Source of the DNA: a virus
DNA: 64,000 bases
Virus record (IMG/VR): IMGVR_UViG_3300032308_001297
Span: 98,365-162,364 of that record
Reading direction: 5' to 3' (one strand)
This document shows, piece after piece, positions 19,536 through 30,264 of this stretch. The position numbers and the translations under genes are program-made. The notes under the pieces are model-generated. The model was not told the origin of the DNA and searched no databases. It saw nothing but the letters and a program-made list of their open reading frames with translations. Within the stretch, counting starts at the first letter, position 1, and every line of letters starts with the position of its first letter.

Positions 19536-21397
19536 TAGTTTCTTTTCTCTTCTACATTAATCGTAACATCATTTGGATCAATCACAATAATATTTTTAGG
19601 GCCAGCGAAAATATCTCTATCAGCTGTTTTAGCATAAACAGAAACATGGCTATTATAATCAGCTATATTAATATTCACAAATATGACTTTGCCGGAAGTG
19701 TAATCTACTGTTCCAATAGTGTCTATTTTAGTAACTTGGTTACCAACTAAAGAATAAACATCGATATTGCCGTTTGAATCGTCTTCGAAATAACTAAATG
19801 GATAAGCGACACCATCAGTGTGATTATATGTGAATAAAGAAGAAATTATAGAAGCATGCACGTAATGTGTATTGTAGTTTGAACCATGAAAATCAATATG
19901 ACTTTGCGAGTATACTGGTTGATTTTCCAGATAAATTCTATTATTAAAGTATAAAGTTTCTGTGTAAGTTCTATTCACCAGAGGTGATATTCTTTTAATA
20001 ATACGGAAATCGGTTTGGTTACTTACTATACCTGGATCGCTATCGTCAATATGAGCGACCAAACGACTATAACGTAAATCTTCCGCAAACAAACCCAAAT
20101 GGTCACTGTTATAATTATCAATAGCAGTTAAAACAACATTTTTAAGTTCTGAAACTGTTTTATCTGTTAAATATTGATCGTATTGGACTTTTGAATCCAA
20201 ACGAACATAAAGGTAATCGGGATCAGCAGTTTCAACTCTATTAGGTAAAGCGATATAATCTTGTAAATATCTTATGATACTCTCTTTAACATAATTAGGA
20301 GCGATATCACCAGCCGAAGGTTTCAAACAAATAATAACTCTACCGTATTTCTTTTCTGGTAGTGTTTCGCCGCCGAACACAGCAACGTCAGAAATTTCCC
20401 CTTGGAAATTAGATCTAACAAGAGAAGCATAATCGTCAGAAGAAACCGCTCTTTGCTGTGTAGCAAAATATCTAGGCGCATTGAAACGGATAGAATCCAA
20501 GTTTTCTGAATTTGCTCCACCAGCAGAGTTAGCTGAAACCGTTACCGGAGCAGAAACGATTGTTCCGCCGTTTGATGGTCCAATATCGTCGGATAAAGTT
20601 AATTCAGAAATACCATTTCCATCTGAACCATTGGTTACAATGTATTTCACCAAAACAGTTGAAGCGTTTAATGGTTTTCTTCCGAAATTACCATCTCCGA
20701 ATAATATTTCATACTGACCATTTTGGGTTGCTTGTAGAAAGTAAACATTAGAAGTGGAATCTAAACCAAATAGTGTTGGCTTTCTAGAAAATAAAGTATT
20801 AGAAGCCCCAAAATTTTCTACAACATTAACGTCTATGGTGTCAATATCAACTTTAGGATCCGAAATAACAAATCTCTGATTTTCAATATCATAATTTACT
20901 AGGTAGGATTCACTAGCATATGTTCCTTCTTTTACTTGAAGGTTAGCTACTTGGAAAGTGTCGTTTGTTGAAGCATATGATTGCGTATCAGTTGTAACGA
21001 ACTGATATGTTCCATTCGAATTTGTACCGAAAAGTCTAGTTCCTCTAGGAACTGAAAGAACACCAGTAGTCGTAGAAATACCTGTAGTTTCGAATACAAT
21101 ATTAACGTTTGCTACTGCACCACTATATGATATTGGAACGTAGTTAAGTTCTTTGGCGTGAGAGATAACTGAATCTAGCTTCTGTGCTGAGTCCAAGAAC
21201 ATCTCGGAAGCAATCATGTTCAAATAAAATGCATTCAAATATGAATTGTATGATAGAACGTCAAGAAGGACATTCATATTTGAACCTTCATAATTATAGT
21301 CTTTCAGTGCAGACTGAGACTTTAAGAAGGTTTTAAGGTTTTCTTTTAGCGTATCAAAATCAAGAGAGCTAAGATTTAGTGAACTATTTGCGGCCAT
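19535..21397 (-). CDS. gp6: Baseplate wedge subunit gp6
   Basis: LDFDTLKENLK..DYNYEGS, EMFLDSA, QQRAVSSDDY. Confidence 0.92.
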   Translation of the reverse strand: MAANSSLNLSSLDFDTLKENLKTFLKSQSALKDYNYEGSNMNVLLDVLSYNSYLNAFYLNMIASEMFLDSAQKLDSVISHAKELNYVPISYSGAVANVNIVFETTGISTTTGVLSVPRGTRLFGTNSNGTYQFVTTDTQSYASTNDTFQVANLQVKEGTYASESYLVNYDIENQRFVISDPKVDIDTIDVNVVENFGASNTLFSRKPTLFGLDSTSNVYFLQATQNGQYEILFGDGNFGRKPLNASTVLVKYIVTNGSDGNGISELTLSDDIGPSNGGTIVSAPVTVSANSAGGANSENLDSIRFNAPRYFATQQRAVSSDDYASLVRSNFQGEISDVAVFGGETLPEKKYGRVIICLKPSAGDIAPNYVKESIIRYLQDYIALPNRVETADPDYLYVRLDSKVQYDQYLTDKTVSELKNVVLTAIDNYNSDHLGLFAEDLRYSRLVAHIDDSDPGIVSNQTDFRIIKRISPLVNRTYTETLYFNNRIYLENQPVYSQSHIDFHGSNYNTHYVHASIISSLFTYNHTDGVAYPFSYFEDDSNGNIDVYSLVGNQVTKIDTIGTVDYTSGKVIFVNINIADYNSHVSVYAKTADRDIFAGPKNIIVIDPNDVTINVEEKRN

Positions 21398-21823
21398 TTA
21401 TCGGACTCTTTTTAAGACTAGATTAAGAGTAATCGGTTCTATGTTATTTATTACTCTATAGATAATAGTGATCTCTACAGAAGTTTCATCGAAAGTTTCT
21501 GGGAATAATACCTGTTCAACTTGAGCTCTTGGTTCGTGGTTTTCTATAGTGCTTCTGACATAAAGTTCGATTTCAGATGCATAATCTCTATAATTAGGTT
21601 CAAATAACATGGCTGTGATATCAGAACCAATAGTTGGTTGGAACAATCTTTCTCCTAATTCAGTTAAGATCAAGTTTTTTAAAGATTGAGTTATTGATTT
21701 CTCATTTATAATTTTAGTAAGCTCGTTGCCAAAAGGAGTTTGTGCAAAACTATTAGGAATATCTGAATAATATTCTGTTTTCTTTGATGAACTTGTTAAA
21801 GTTTCTGCTCTTGTTACTGCCAT
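21398..21823 (-). CDS. gp25: Baseplate wedge subunit gp25
   Basis: SLKNLILTELGERLFQPTIGS, IENHEPR. Confidence 0.92.
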   Translation of the reverse strand: MAVTRAETLTSSSKKTEYYSDIPNSFAQTPFGNELTKIINEKSITQSLKNLILTELGERLFQPTIGSDITAMLFEPNYRDYASEIELYVRSTIENHEPRAQVEQVLFPETFDETSVEITIIYRVINNIEPITLNLVLKRVR

Positions 21824-21834
21824 TTATCCTACTC

Positions 21835-22848
21835 TTACGTAAAAGTTACTGGTGGCGATGGTAAGCCGCCATTTTGTACCTTAGTGGTTGCGCCCTTAGT
21901 TCTAACGTCACCAGTTGCAGTAATATCAACTTTTCCACTACCTGCATCAATAGTAATACCGCTTGAAGAAATTTCTATCTTATTGCTACCAACTTTTAAA
22001 GTAATTTTTGTATCTGCTGTAATTGTTATTTCTTGTGCTGTAATATTAGCTGAACTACTAGCAGTTATCATAACCTTTGCTTGAGAATTTACACTATAAT
22101 CTTGTTGTGATTTAACGCTATATTTTGCACCAGAATTAGCAGTCATGTCTTTATCAGACTGCATAAGCATAGTATCTTGAGAAAACGCCTGGAATGCTTG
22201 TTTCGACTCAAGTTTAAGTTTTTGTTTGGCGAAAGCGTCCCAGTTTTTATCGAAATAGAAAGCAGCATCGTCATTGTTGAGCATAATATGTTTGCCCTCG
22301 TGACCAGTCACCGTATCGCCTTCTACCTTTGTATATTTTTTACCTTTAATAGTTGTTCTATAATCGCCATTAATACCAAGTTCGTGAGTTCCAGAAGAAC
22401 CACCAGCAATAACTTTGGCCGATCCATCTTTGACTAGTTCAATTTTTTTACCACCCATTCCAAACAAACCGTCCTGAGCAGTAACAAAAGAAGCGTCTCC
22501 TCCTGCTTCGATTCTACAAGTAGATTCAGTGTTAAAATCGTAATGACCATCAGCATGAACCGACATTCCAGCACCAGCATAAAAATGTTTATTACCTGGA
22601 CTTACTTCGAAATGTCCTTCTTTAACATCGTCGTCTGCTTCTGTGACTTTATAACCACCAGAAGGTTTCAATTCTTGACTGAAAGTTTTCTTTCCTTCTT
22701 CGGCGTTTCTATAAACCCATTTATGACCACCACATTCGTCCCATTCTCCATGGACGTGACCATATTTTGGTTTGGTTTTTTGATTACAAACCTTAGTTTT
22801 TGGAACTTTTTTATTATAATCTTTATGAGCCATTTGTAGTCTCTTCAA
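21835..22848 (-). CDS. gp5-like C-terminal beta-helix spike
   Basis: Beta-helix repeats ending ITLKVGSNKIEISSSGITI (VgrG/gp5-type); lies before gp25. Confidence 0.65.
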   Translation of the reverse strand: MKRLQMAHKDYNKKVPKTKVCNQKTKPKYGHVHGEWDECGGHKWVYRNAEEGKKTFSQELKPSGGYKVTEADDDVKEGHFEVSPGNKHFYAGAGMSVHADGHYDFNTESTCRIEAGGDASFVTAQDGLFGMGGKKIELVKDGSAKVIAGGSSGTHELGINGDYRTTIKGKKYTKVEGDTVTGHEGKHIMLNNDDAAFYFDKNWDAFAKQKLKLESKQAFQAFSQDTMLMQSDKDMTANSGAKYSVKSQQDYSVNSQAKVMITASSSANITAQEITITADTKITLKVGSNKIEISSSGITIDAGSGKVDITATGDVRTKGATTKVQNGGLPSPPVTFT

Positions 22849-24424
22849 TTCCTAGTAATGTTAATAGTTCTTGCATGTCTGAGATTTCGTTATTCGATAA
22901 TCCACTATTGCTTGCATCATTCCATGCTCCGGATCCGCCAATTGTTGCATCTGGAAATCCAGATCCAGCGCCTCCGCCTCCACCACCAGAATTGCCTCCA
23001 AGAAATCCAAAACCTCCCATCAATCCACCAAGCATTCCACCAATATCTCCACCACCTAAAATACCACCAAGAGAACCAAATCCTCCCATACCACCGATCT
23101 GAGCAAGACTACTTAAACTTCCAAAAGCTCCACCACCAAGAGCAGACATACCCATATTTAATATTTGACCACTCATTCCCATTTGTTTCTGAAAATCTTG
23201 AATTACGTTTGATACGCTACCAACTACTGTTCCGTTTTTAGAACCAATTTGTTCTTGTTGAAACATTTGAATAAGCTGCATCAATAATCCAATAAGCATA
23301 CCCATCATTGCAGCCATATTTCCGCTGCCTCCACCAGAACCTACATTATTACCAATCATAAGATTACCTTGATATACTTCTATTTGTTTAATCCATTTAT
23401 CAAGAACATCGTTTAGGTAACGTGGGAATAATGGTTCAGCGCCTTGAGCCATAGTGTATTGTGTTGGATCAACATAAAAATATTTGTCTAGATCGGCAGC
23501 AATACCACGCTCGACTTCAGAATAAATTTCTTCAGAAGCAGAAGTAAAAACATAAGTACCAAGTTCTCTTCTAACATAAACTATTTTTGTAGCATCGTTT
23601 GGATCAACCCATTGATCATAACCTGGATATGGTTCTGCAGAAACTCCATAATATTGTTTAACGTAAAAGTCTGGAACTTCTTCTTTAGTTACCAAATTTG
23701 TTGGAACAATATCACCATAATAAGTCTCATCATATGATGAAACAGGAATGTTCAATGGCCCATAATAAATGGCTACTTTTAATAAAGTGGCAATAGCTTT
23801 TGTAACAATTGGTTGATACCAACTATCAAGTTGTGCCAATCCGCCATTTGGCAATGTAATAAGAACGAACATTTTTATTACTCGTTCGAAACCAAATTTT
23901 CTAACAAGGATAGCAAGAGCTCCAACAAAACCATCCGTAAGAACAATGTTCATACCTGATGGAGTTCCAGTTATTGTAAACGGCGTAGTTCCATTTCCTC
24001 CAGATCCACCACCAAGTCCAGCGCCCATGCTCAAAATGCCCATAATCATAGACATTTGTTGATAGAGTTCTGGTAATTGTTGGGCCTTTCTTCCTGGATC
24101 TACTTCTTGAATAGTTTTTGGTAGTTTTTTGCCACCCTTTTTAGCAGATGCAGTTGTTGGCTTATCGCCACTGGGCGCAACTTTTTTTCTTACGTCTTCC
24201 AGTTCTTTTGATTTGCTTTTTTCAACACCAGGAGATTCTGGATATTTTGGATCTTCAGTTTTTGGTTTATCTTGACCAAGAAACTGATTGAATAGAATAG
24301 TTTTTGCTTGTTCAAAAAAATCTTCTTCGTTTGTGCTAGTGAAACCTGGAGTGTCTGGACCAGCTGCTTTGGCTTCAATTTTTCCACCAGTTTTTTGATC
24401 TTTTTGTTTAATCTTGTTAGCCAT
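22823..24424 (-). CDS. Hypothetical protein between the gp5 halves
   Basis: 533-aa ORF, translationally coupled; Gly/Met-rich hydrophobic segments. Confidence 0.7.
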   Translation of the reverse strand: MANKIKQKDQKTGGKIEAKAAGPDTPGFTSTNEEDFFEQAKTILFNQFLGQDKPKTEDPKYPESPGVEKSKSKELEDVRKKVAPSGDKPTTASAKKGGKKLPKTIQEVDPGRKAQQLPELYQQMSMIMGILSMGAGLGGGSGGNGTTPFTITGTPSGMNIVLTDGFVGALAILVRKFGFERVIKMFVLITLPNGGLAQLDSWYQPIVTKAIATLLKVAIYYGPLNIPVSSYDETYYGDIVPTNLVTKEEVPDFYVKQYYGVSAEPYPGYDQWVDPNDATKIVYVRRELGTYVFTSASEEIYSEVERGIAADLDKYFYVDPTQYTMAQGAEPLFPRYLNDVLDKWIKQIEVYQGNLMIGNNVGSGGGSGNMAAMMGMLIGLLMQLIQMFQQEQIGSKNGTVVGSVSNVIQDFQKQMGMSGQILNMGMSALGGGAFGSLSSLAQIGGMGGFGSLGGILGGGDIGGMLGGLMGGFGFLGGNSGGGGGGAGSGFPDATIGGSGAWNDASNSGLSNNEISDMQELLTLLGIEETTNGS

Positions 24425-24717
24425 TATTCGTCCAACTCTCCACGTGCAATAGATCCCAATACAATAGGATATAATTCTTCATGATCGTGTTCAAGATAAC
24501 CAACAATCACTCTTGAACCAACTTTTAAACCAGAAGGCGTTGGACCAATTTTATGAGTTGCTGCATGAGTTACTGGCTGCATCAATATAGCCCAAGGAAG
24601 ATCGTCGTCTTTCACTTGTTGCGTGTCATCTTGACGACCATGTAATCTTATTTTCACACGTCCTGATTTAGTTGGGTCTTTTTTGTATTCAACAACATAA
24701 CCTGTTCTTAATTTCAC
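24424..24717 (-). CDS. gp5: Stand-alone gp5 N-terminal OB-fold domain
   Basis: DPTKSGRVKIRLHG..DDLPWA..GSRVIVGY..PIVLGS. Confidence 0.8.
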   Translation of the reverse strand: MKLRTGYVVEYKKDPTKSGRVKIRLHGRQDDTQQVKDDDLPWAILMQPVTHAATHKIGPTPSGLKVGSRVIVGYLEHDHEELYPIVLGSIARGELDE

Positions 24718-25961
24718 GGTTGACCTCCACCACTCTGATCAAACGCACCACCTTTAATAACTCTAAGAATCATTGTTGCTCTTGGAGTTTGTCCTAGTGG
24801 TTTGATCTTTGTTCTAATAGCAACTACACAAACTTGACCATTAAATTGTTTTTCTTTTCCTGTACCATCAGCTGTTCTTGCAGGAATATCTAGTTTTATC
24901 ATAGAACCTAATTTAATTTTTGGATTGAAATAAGTTTCTAACTCAGCAGAATTTTGAGACAAATATGAAAGAAAATTTGCTCTGCTATCTCTAGCATCAG
25001 CTGTTTTATGTTTTTCTTTGTCGTTTGCTTTATCAAAAGTTGTATAATGATGAACAGCGTTAGCGTGTTGTGCCTGACCTGAATATTCTGGTTGTCCTGG
25101 CAATTTAAATTGCTGTGGTTGTTCGGGGTCTGGCGAAGAAGGTTTATGTGTTGTTAAATTAAAAGTCTTTTGAGCCGATTTGGTTAAAACACGACTTGGT
25201 GTGAAAAAAGAATCAGAAGCTCTAAACCAAATAATAGAATTTTGTTTTTCTTGATCGCCACCTTTCGAAGCGTCAAGAGTAGTAGTCTGTTTTAAAGTAA
25301 CTACTGATTCCTCTTTAAATAATTTCTCGAATGTAGAAAACACATATTTCTGTTGATCGCCAGTTTCTTGAAAAAGAACGTAACAGGAAGATTTATCCTC
25401 TTGAGAAACATGTAAAGTATTTAAATGTTTTATTGCATCCAAAGGATGTTTATTATTGAGAATAACTCTTCTCTTACCATCGGTTTTACTTTTTTTGTCA
25501 ATCTGAAGTTTGGTTTTGAACCCCTTTTTAACAACGTCTTCTACGATATTATCAGTCGTGTCATTATAACTTTTTTGCATAAAATTACCTTGAGCGTTTA
25601 ATAACTCAGGCGAAACTGCACGAATATCATAATGCTTGTGTTTTAGATTACCAGCATTATGCATAGATCGATCATTGAGGTTTTTGTTTTGATACATTTT
25701 CAATTTAAATTTTTTCTGACCGCCACTGAAACCAGAATCAGCCCCAGTTAGAGAAATTTCAACATCTTTGTCAAAAGATCCTTGGATATTGTTTTGACCA
25801 AGAGCGTCTTTATAATCAAGCACTCTTATTTCGGCCATGGGTCCATATGGGTTTAAAATATCTTCGTAGATATTAAAACCAATGTAAGTGGCTTCTTTTG
25901 AATTGGTGAGATCTAAATCCCCAATTTTAAGAGAAGAAATTTTAATATCACCAACTGGCAT
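24714..25961 (-). CDS. Baseplate hub protein (gp27-like)
   Basis: FNIYEDI N-terminus; position between gp53 and gp5. Confidence 0.55.
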   Translation of the reverse strand: MPVGDIKISSLKIGDLDLTNSKEATYIGFNIYEDILNPYGPMAEIRVLDYKDALGQNNIQGSFDKDVEISLTGADSGFSGGQKKFKLKMYQNKNLNDRSMHNAGNLKHKHYDIRAVSPELLNAQGNFMQKSYNDTTDNIVEDVVKKGFKTKLQIDKKSKTDGKRRVILNNKHPLDAIKHLNTLHVSQEDKSSCYVLFQETGDQQKYVFSTFEKLFKEESVVTLKQTTTLDASKGGDQEKQNSIIWFRASDSFFTPSRVLTKSAQKTFNLTTHKPSSPDPEQPQQFKLPGQPEYSGQAQHANAVHHYTTFDKANDKEKHKTADARDSRANFLSYLSQNSAELETYFNPKIKLGSMIKLDIPARTADGTGKEKQFNGQVCVVAIRTKIKPLGQTPRATMILRVIKGGAFDQSGGGQP

Positions 25962-25962
25962 A

Positions 25963-26940
25963 TTAGAAAGGTTCCTTCATAAGATTAATTAAATTATCAA
26001 CAGCAATATCAGAAAGATTTTTTTCCATAACTCTGATAGTTTTATTGTATTCGTTTTTCTCATTTTCAACATCAAAATAAGTAACACCTTCCCAGTAAAT
26101 TTCTTCATCTGCTGGAATATTATTAGATACAACTAATACAGCATCATTAGTGGACTCGTTTTCCACAATAGAGATAGCTACGTTTACTTGGCTTTCTGTT
26201 CCATAAATATAACTATTTCCAGTGACAACAATACCAGAAGTATTATTGGTTTCGTATTGCCCTCTCATGTGTCGTAGAAACACGAAATTCAAATTTGTGT
26301 TTGTTGTTAACGAAGTATTAACATAAACATTAATAGTATTTGTCATGACAAATTGACCATTACCGCTGTTCATATTATCAAACACAATTTCTACTATCTC
26401 ATTATTAACAAAAGAGCTTAATTGATAAGAATTAGCAGAAACAGAATATCTAACTATTTTATTAGTCTCTTTATTCCAATCATTTTCTTTTCTTTTATAT
26501 CCATAAACAGAAGAACCTTGATAAATTGGTTCCCAATAATATTGTTGTGCAACTGTTAATGAATTGTATTCTGCTGATTTTATATTTTCGTTTTTATTCA
26601 CTTCCCAGTTGTTTCTATAATATTTAATTTTTTGTTGAGAATCAGGAATAGAATCATATTTTTTTGTTATAAAATCTGTAAACTGTTGATTGTTAAGATA
26701 CCATTCATAGTAAGGATCTGTAATTCTATTAGAAAGATAAACAATCCAACTTCTATATTGATCATCATAATACCTAAAAGAAAATTGATCTGCTCTTTCA
26801 CCAGAAGTAATTTCATATGGATAAAATACGTATGGGTTTTCTGAAACTCTATCTAATAGAGTTACCCTTTTAGTTATATCAACAACTTCATTGTTGCTAT
26901 AAGTTATTTTTGGAAACTTTTCGAAATATCTTTCTGGCAT
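25963..26940 (-). CDS. gp53: Baseplate wedge protein gp53
   Basis: YFEKFPKITY, GERADQFSFRYY..WIVYLSN..DPYYEW. Confidence 0.85.
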   Translation of the reverse strand: MPERYFEKFPKITYSNNEVVDITKRVTLLDRVSENPYVFYPYEITSGERADQFSFRYYDDQYRSWIVYLSNRITDPYYEWYLNNQQFTDFITKKYDSIPDSQQKIKYYRNNWEVNKNENIKSAEYNSLTVAQQYYWEPIYQGSSVYGYKRKENDWNKETNKIVRYSVSANSYQLSSFVNNEIVEIVFDNMNSGNGQFVMTNTINVYVNTSLTTNTNLNFVFLRHMRGQYETNNTSGIVVTGNSYIYGTESQVNVAISIVENESTNDAVLVVSNNIPADEEIYWEGVTYFDVENEKNEYNKTIRVMEKNLSDIAVDNLINLMKEPF

Positions 26941-27603
26941 TTATTGTCCCGTCTGCAGATCTTCGCGAGTCCATAATTGGACTTCTTTTAATCTTAGTAC
27001 TAAACCTACTACCACTGGAGCTCCGCTTTTATAAAACGATGGCCCACCAGCGGCTGTGTAATCAATAGTAACATTAATAACAGCACATGGTTTTAATTTA
27101 AACAAATAATCGCCTGGATGAAACGAAACTTGACAAATCTTAGGATACTTATAAGCCAAACCACCCAACCCTAAACTTGGTGCAGAACTAGCTTTGAATT
27201 CGTTTATTATACGCTTTAGCGTGTCTGATTCTTCTCTATTAGCAGCTGTCAAAGACCATTGAAGGTCGTGTTCTTTATATGCTGGTCTTTTATAGGTCAT
27301 AAATTGCAAAGGACTTAAGAATGAAGTTCCGCCACCAATTGCTCCACCTATTTGAGCCAACTGTGGAACTATCGAAGAAGCGTCTACTTCGCTCCATATT
27401 TGTGTGTTAACGTCATTAATTCTTCTCGGTAAAGGTAGTTTATAACCGCCACCAAAACTGAAATTATAACCCCCAAACCCTGCAGAATAGTCTGAAAATG
27501 AAATACTGGTATAATACTCTCTTCCGTTTTGTAACAGATCCGAAGGAAATTGACCTCCTGACCTTTGTTTCTGAGGAGGAGTAGGAAAGGTAAAATTTGC
27601 CAT
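26941..27603 (-). CDS. gp48: Baseplate tail-tube cap gp48
   Basis: LPLP, YKYPKIC, LRLKEVQLWTRED. Confidence 0.75.
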   Translation of the reverse strand: MANFTFPTPPQKQRSGGQFPSDLLQNGREYYTSISFSDYSAGFGGYNFSFGGGYKLPLPRRINDVNTQIWSEVDASSIVPQLAQIGGAIGGGTSFLSPLQFMTYKRPAYKEHDLQWSLTAANREESDTLKRIINEFKASSAPSLGLGGLAYKYPKICQVSFHPGDYLFKLKPCAVINVTIDYTAAGGPSFYKSGAPVVVGLVLRLKEVQLWTREDLQTGQ

Positions 27604-27615
27604 TTGGTCCCTTTA

Positions 27616-27643
27616 GATAAATAAGTTTTTATATCTATTTATT
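27616..27643. promoter_or_regulatory. Divergent, overlapping late promoters (GATAAATA on +, AATAAATA on -)
   Basis: Both motifs sit in the 53-bp gap between gp48 and gp4. Confidence 0.6.
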
Positions 27644-27656
27644 AGAAAAATATCAA

Positions 27657-28103
27657 ATGGCTTTACGACAAGGATTTTTTAAACCTTCTAATCCAATTAA
27701 ATACAAAGGCGACCCGACAAAGATCGAGTACCGTTCTGGGTGGGAATTGAAATTGATGTCTAGGTTAGATAGGGATCCTAATGTAATTTGGTGGCAGAGC
27801 GAAGAAACCATCATACCATATAGATCACCCATTGACAATCGCATTCACCGTTATTTTGTGGATTTTACGGTTAAATCAAAAGACATAAACGGCGGGACCA
27901 AAACTAGGTTAATTGAAGTGAAACCAGCTGCACAATGTCGACCACCAGCTATTATGGAGGGTCGAAAAACAAAACGATATATAAATGAGGTAATGCGTTG
28001 GGGCATAAACTCTGCCAAATGGAAGGCTGCTCGTGAATACTGTAAAGACAGAGGATACGAGTTTATTATTATGACCGAAAAAGAACTAGGAATCAAATTT
28101 TAA
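27657..28103 (+). CDS. gp4: Head completion nuclease gp4
   Basis: KYKGDP..YRSGWE..HRYFVDF..LIEVKP..NSAKWKAA. Confidence 0.92.
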   Translation: MALRQGFFKPSNPIKYKGDPTKIEYRSGWELKLMSRLDRDPNVIWWQSEETIIPYRSPIDNRIHRYFVDFTVKSKDINGGTKTRLIEVKPAAQCRPPAIMEGRKTKRYINEVMRWGINSAKWKAAREYCKDRGYEFIIMTEKELGIKF

Positions 28104-28666
28104 TGTCAAATAGATTTACTAAACTTCTGAGAGCCACCGCTAGAGATTTGTCCTCTAAGTCCTCAGAATCTTCACAATGGTATAACGACACTGTTCAAAA
28201 TATGGGCAAACGAGACCCAAATAAGATTTTTGAAAAAAGTTCCAGCCCTCAAATCGGGGCATTGATGTTATTTTTATACGATCCAAAATACAAAAACACC
28301 CTTCCGTTTTATGACGCCCATCCATTAGTTTTTCCTGTAGAAATGTATCACGATGGTTTTTTAGGGATCAACCTTCATTACCTACCACCTTTGGCCAGAG
28401 TTAATATGATGAAGGGGCTAGTGGATATTAACGACAACGATAAATACATACAAAATAAAAAATTGGTTCTTACATATAGTTTATTGAAATACTATTCTAA
28501 CCAATTAAGAGGCGTTGATAATTGTATAAAAAGATACCTTTTAAGTCACGTTAGAAGTTCTTTTTATCAAGTGGATCCGCAAGATTGGGAAAAGGCTGCA
28601 TTATTGCCTCTACAGAGATGGAATGTTAACCCAAATAGGCGATATGCAGGTTCGCCTCCATATTAG
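28103..28666 (+). CDS. gp2: DNA end protector gp2
   Basis: YDPKYKNTLPFYD..GFLGINLHYLPP..CIKRYL. Confidence 0.92.
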   Translation: MSNRFTKLLRATARDLSSKSSESSQWYNDTVQNMGKRDPNKIFEKSSSPQIGALMLFLYDPKYKNTLPFYDAHPLVFPVEMYHDGFLGINLHYLPPLARVNMMKGLVDINDNDKYIQNKKLVLTYSLLKYYSNQLRGVDNCIKRYLLSHVRSSFYQVDPQDWEKAALLPLQRWNVNPNRRYAGSPPY

Positions 28667-28674
28667 GATCAGAA

Positions 28675-29364
28675 ATGCCATTTAATATACAAGGTTTCAA
28701 AGAGAATCTTAATTCTTACGGTTATTTGGATAATAACAGCTTTGAAGTTATTGTTCAAACTCCACCAATCTTACAGAACGCTGTATTAAATAATCAGGGC
28801 ACCCCTACTGACACTTACAGAATTGCAAAAAACCTAAAATTGAGAGCCGATCAAGTTAGAGCTCCTGGAATCAACTTGATGACATCTCAACAGCAACGTT
28901 ATGGTATTGGTTCTGTTCAGAATATGCCAATTAATGCGCAATTTCAAGACGTTCGTATTTCGTTTCTAGTAGATCATTTTAGCGAAATTTGGCAATATTG
29001 GTATAATTGGACAAACCTTATTTTTGGGTTCAATGGATTAGCTTCTGCTAACGGACCAGTAGTAAATTCATTACCAAGTTACCAAGCAGAATATAAAGAA
29101 AACTATTCAACTATTATACAAATATACATATACGATCATTTTGGTAATAATATCCAAAAAATAAACCTTTACGAAGCCTTCCCTACAGCGATAGCAGACA
29201 TGCCTTTGGCTTGGGGAGATGGCAATTTAATGAAATTGAATGTGACTATTTCATATACTAGCTATGCTATTGTTGGTAGCTCCGTGCAACCACAACCAGC
29301 CCCACAACCACAAAGACCATTTAGATCAATAAGAAATTCAACAACAATAAGACCTGGCGTTTAA
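28675..29364 (+). CDS. Tail-tube initiator, gp54/gp19-like
   Basis: LYEAFPTAI..LAW motif; synteny. Confidence 0.7.
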   Translation: MPFNIQGFKENLNSYGYLDNNSFEVIVQTPPILQNAVLNNQGTPTDTYRIAKNLKLRADQVRAPGINLMTSQQQRYGIGSVQNMPINAQFQDVRISFLVDHFSEIWQYWYNWTNLIFGFNGLASANGPVVNSLPSYQAEYKENYSTIIQIYIYDHFGNNIQKINLYEAFPTAIADMPLAWGDGNLMKLNVTISYTSYAIVGSSVQPQPAPQPQRPFRSIRNSTTIRPGV

Positions 29365-29380
29365 ATAATGGAGATATAAT

Positions 29381-30094
29381 ATGTCAGAATTGCCAAAACT
29401 TGACCACCCTATTCATAACATTTCAATACCTTCTTTAAAGAAGAATTATAAATTCAGACCATTTCTGGTTAAGGAAGAGAAACTTCTTTTGATGGCCAAG
29501 GAAAGTGGAATCGAAACCGACATTTTGGCGGCTATTAAACAGATAGTTAATAATTGTTCATTAGATCCAAAACTTGATATAAACAAATTATCAATATTCG
29601 ATCTTGAATATATTTTCTTACGTCTTAGAGCTTTTTCTGTAGATAATAAAATTAAAGTTTCTTATAAAGACAACGAAGATGAAAAGGTTTACGAATTCGA
29701 AATTGATCTTGATAAAGTGGAAGTAATTTTTCCAGAAAAAGCAGAAAACACAATCAAAATTACTTCTAAGTCTGGACTTTCTCTCAAATATCCATCTGCT
29801 TCTTTATACGAAGATAAAGAGTTTTTGAGTTTAGATAAAGATTATTTGTTCCAGCTTATTATCCGTTGTATCGATAATATTTTCTACGAGGATCAGGTCT
29901 ATCCTGCAAAGGATTACAAAAAGGCTGATTTAGAAGAGTTTCTAGAGAATTTGGATATCAAAACATTTCAGAAAATTCAAGAGTTTTTAATTAACTCTCC
30001 AAAAATGAATTATACGATCAAATACAAAAACTCGTTGGAGCACGATCGAGAAATCGTTCTGTCATCGTTAAATGATTTTTTTACGTGGCGCTGA
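29381..30094 (+). CDS. gp26: Baseplate hub assembly protein gp26
   Basis: FRPFLVKEEKLLLMA, FDLEYIFLRLRA, LNDFF end. Confidence 0.9.
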   Translation: MSELPKLDHPIHNISIPSLKKNYKFRPFLVKEEKLLLMAKESGIETDILAAIKQIVNNCSLDPKLDINKLSIFDLEYIFLRLRAFSVDNKIKVSYKDNEDEKVYEFEIDLDKVEVIFPEKAENTIKITSKSGLSLKYPSASLYEDKEFLSLDKDYLFQLIIRCIDNIFYEDQVYPAKDYKKADLEEFLENLDIKTFQKIQEFLINSPKMNYTIKYKNSLEHDREIVLSSLNDFFTWR

Positions 30095-30264
30095 GTCACA
30101 ACTCACTAGCGAATTATTATAAAACCATATTCTCGCTGGCTCAGCACCATAAATATTCTATTACGGAGTTAGAAAACCTTATTCCGTTTGAAAGAGATAT
30201 CTATGTTGAACTGTTGATGGAATACTTAAAAGAACTAGAAGACGCCAAACAGAGAAGCAAGTAA
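30076..30264 (+). CDS. gp51: Baseplate hub assembly catalyst gp51; no in-frame ATG ahead of the conserved region, reached by -1 frameshift or GTG at 30085
   Basis: Translated by hand: LSHNSLANYYKTIFSLAQHHKYSITELENLIPFERDIYVELLMEYLKELEDAKQRSK*. Confidence 0.85.
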   Translation, partial: FFYVALSHNSLANYYKTIFSLAQHHKYSITELENLIPFERDIYVELLMEYLKELEDAKQRSK

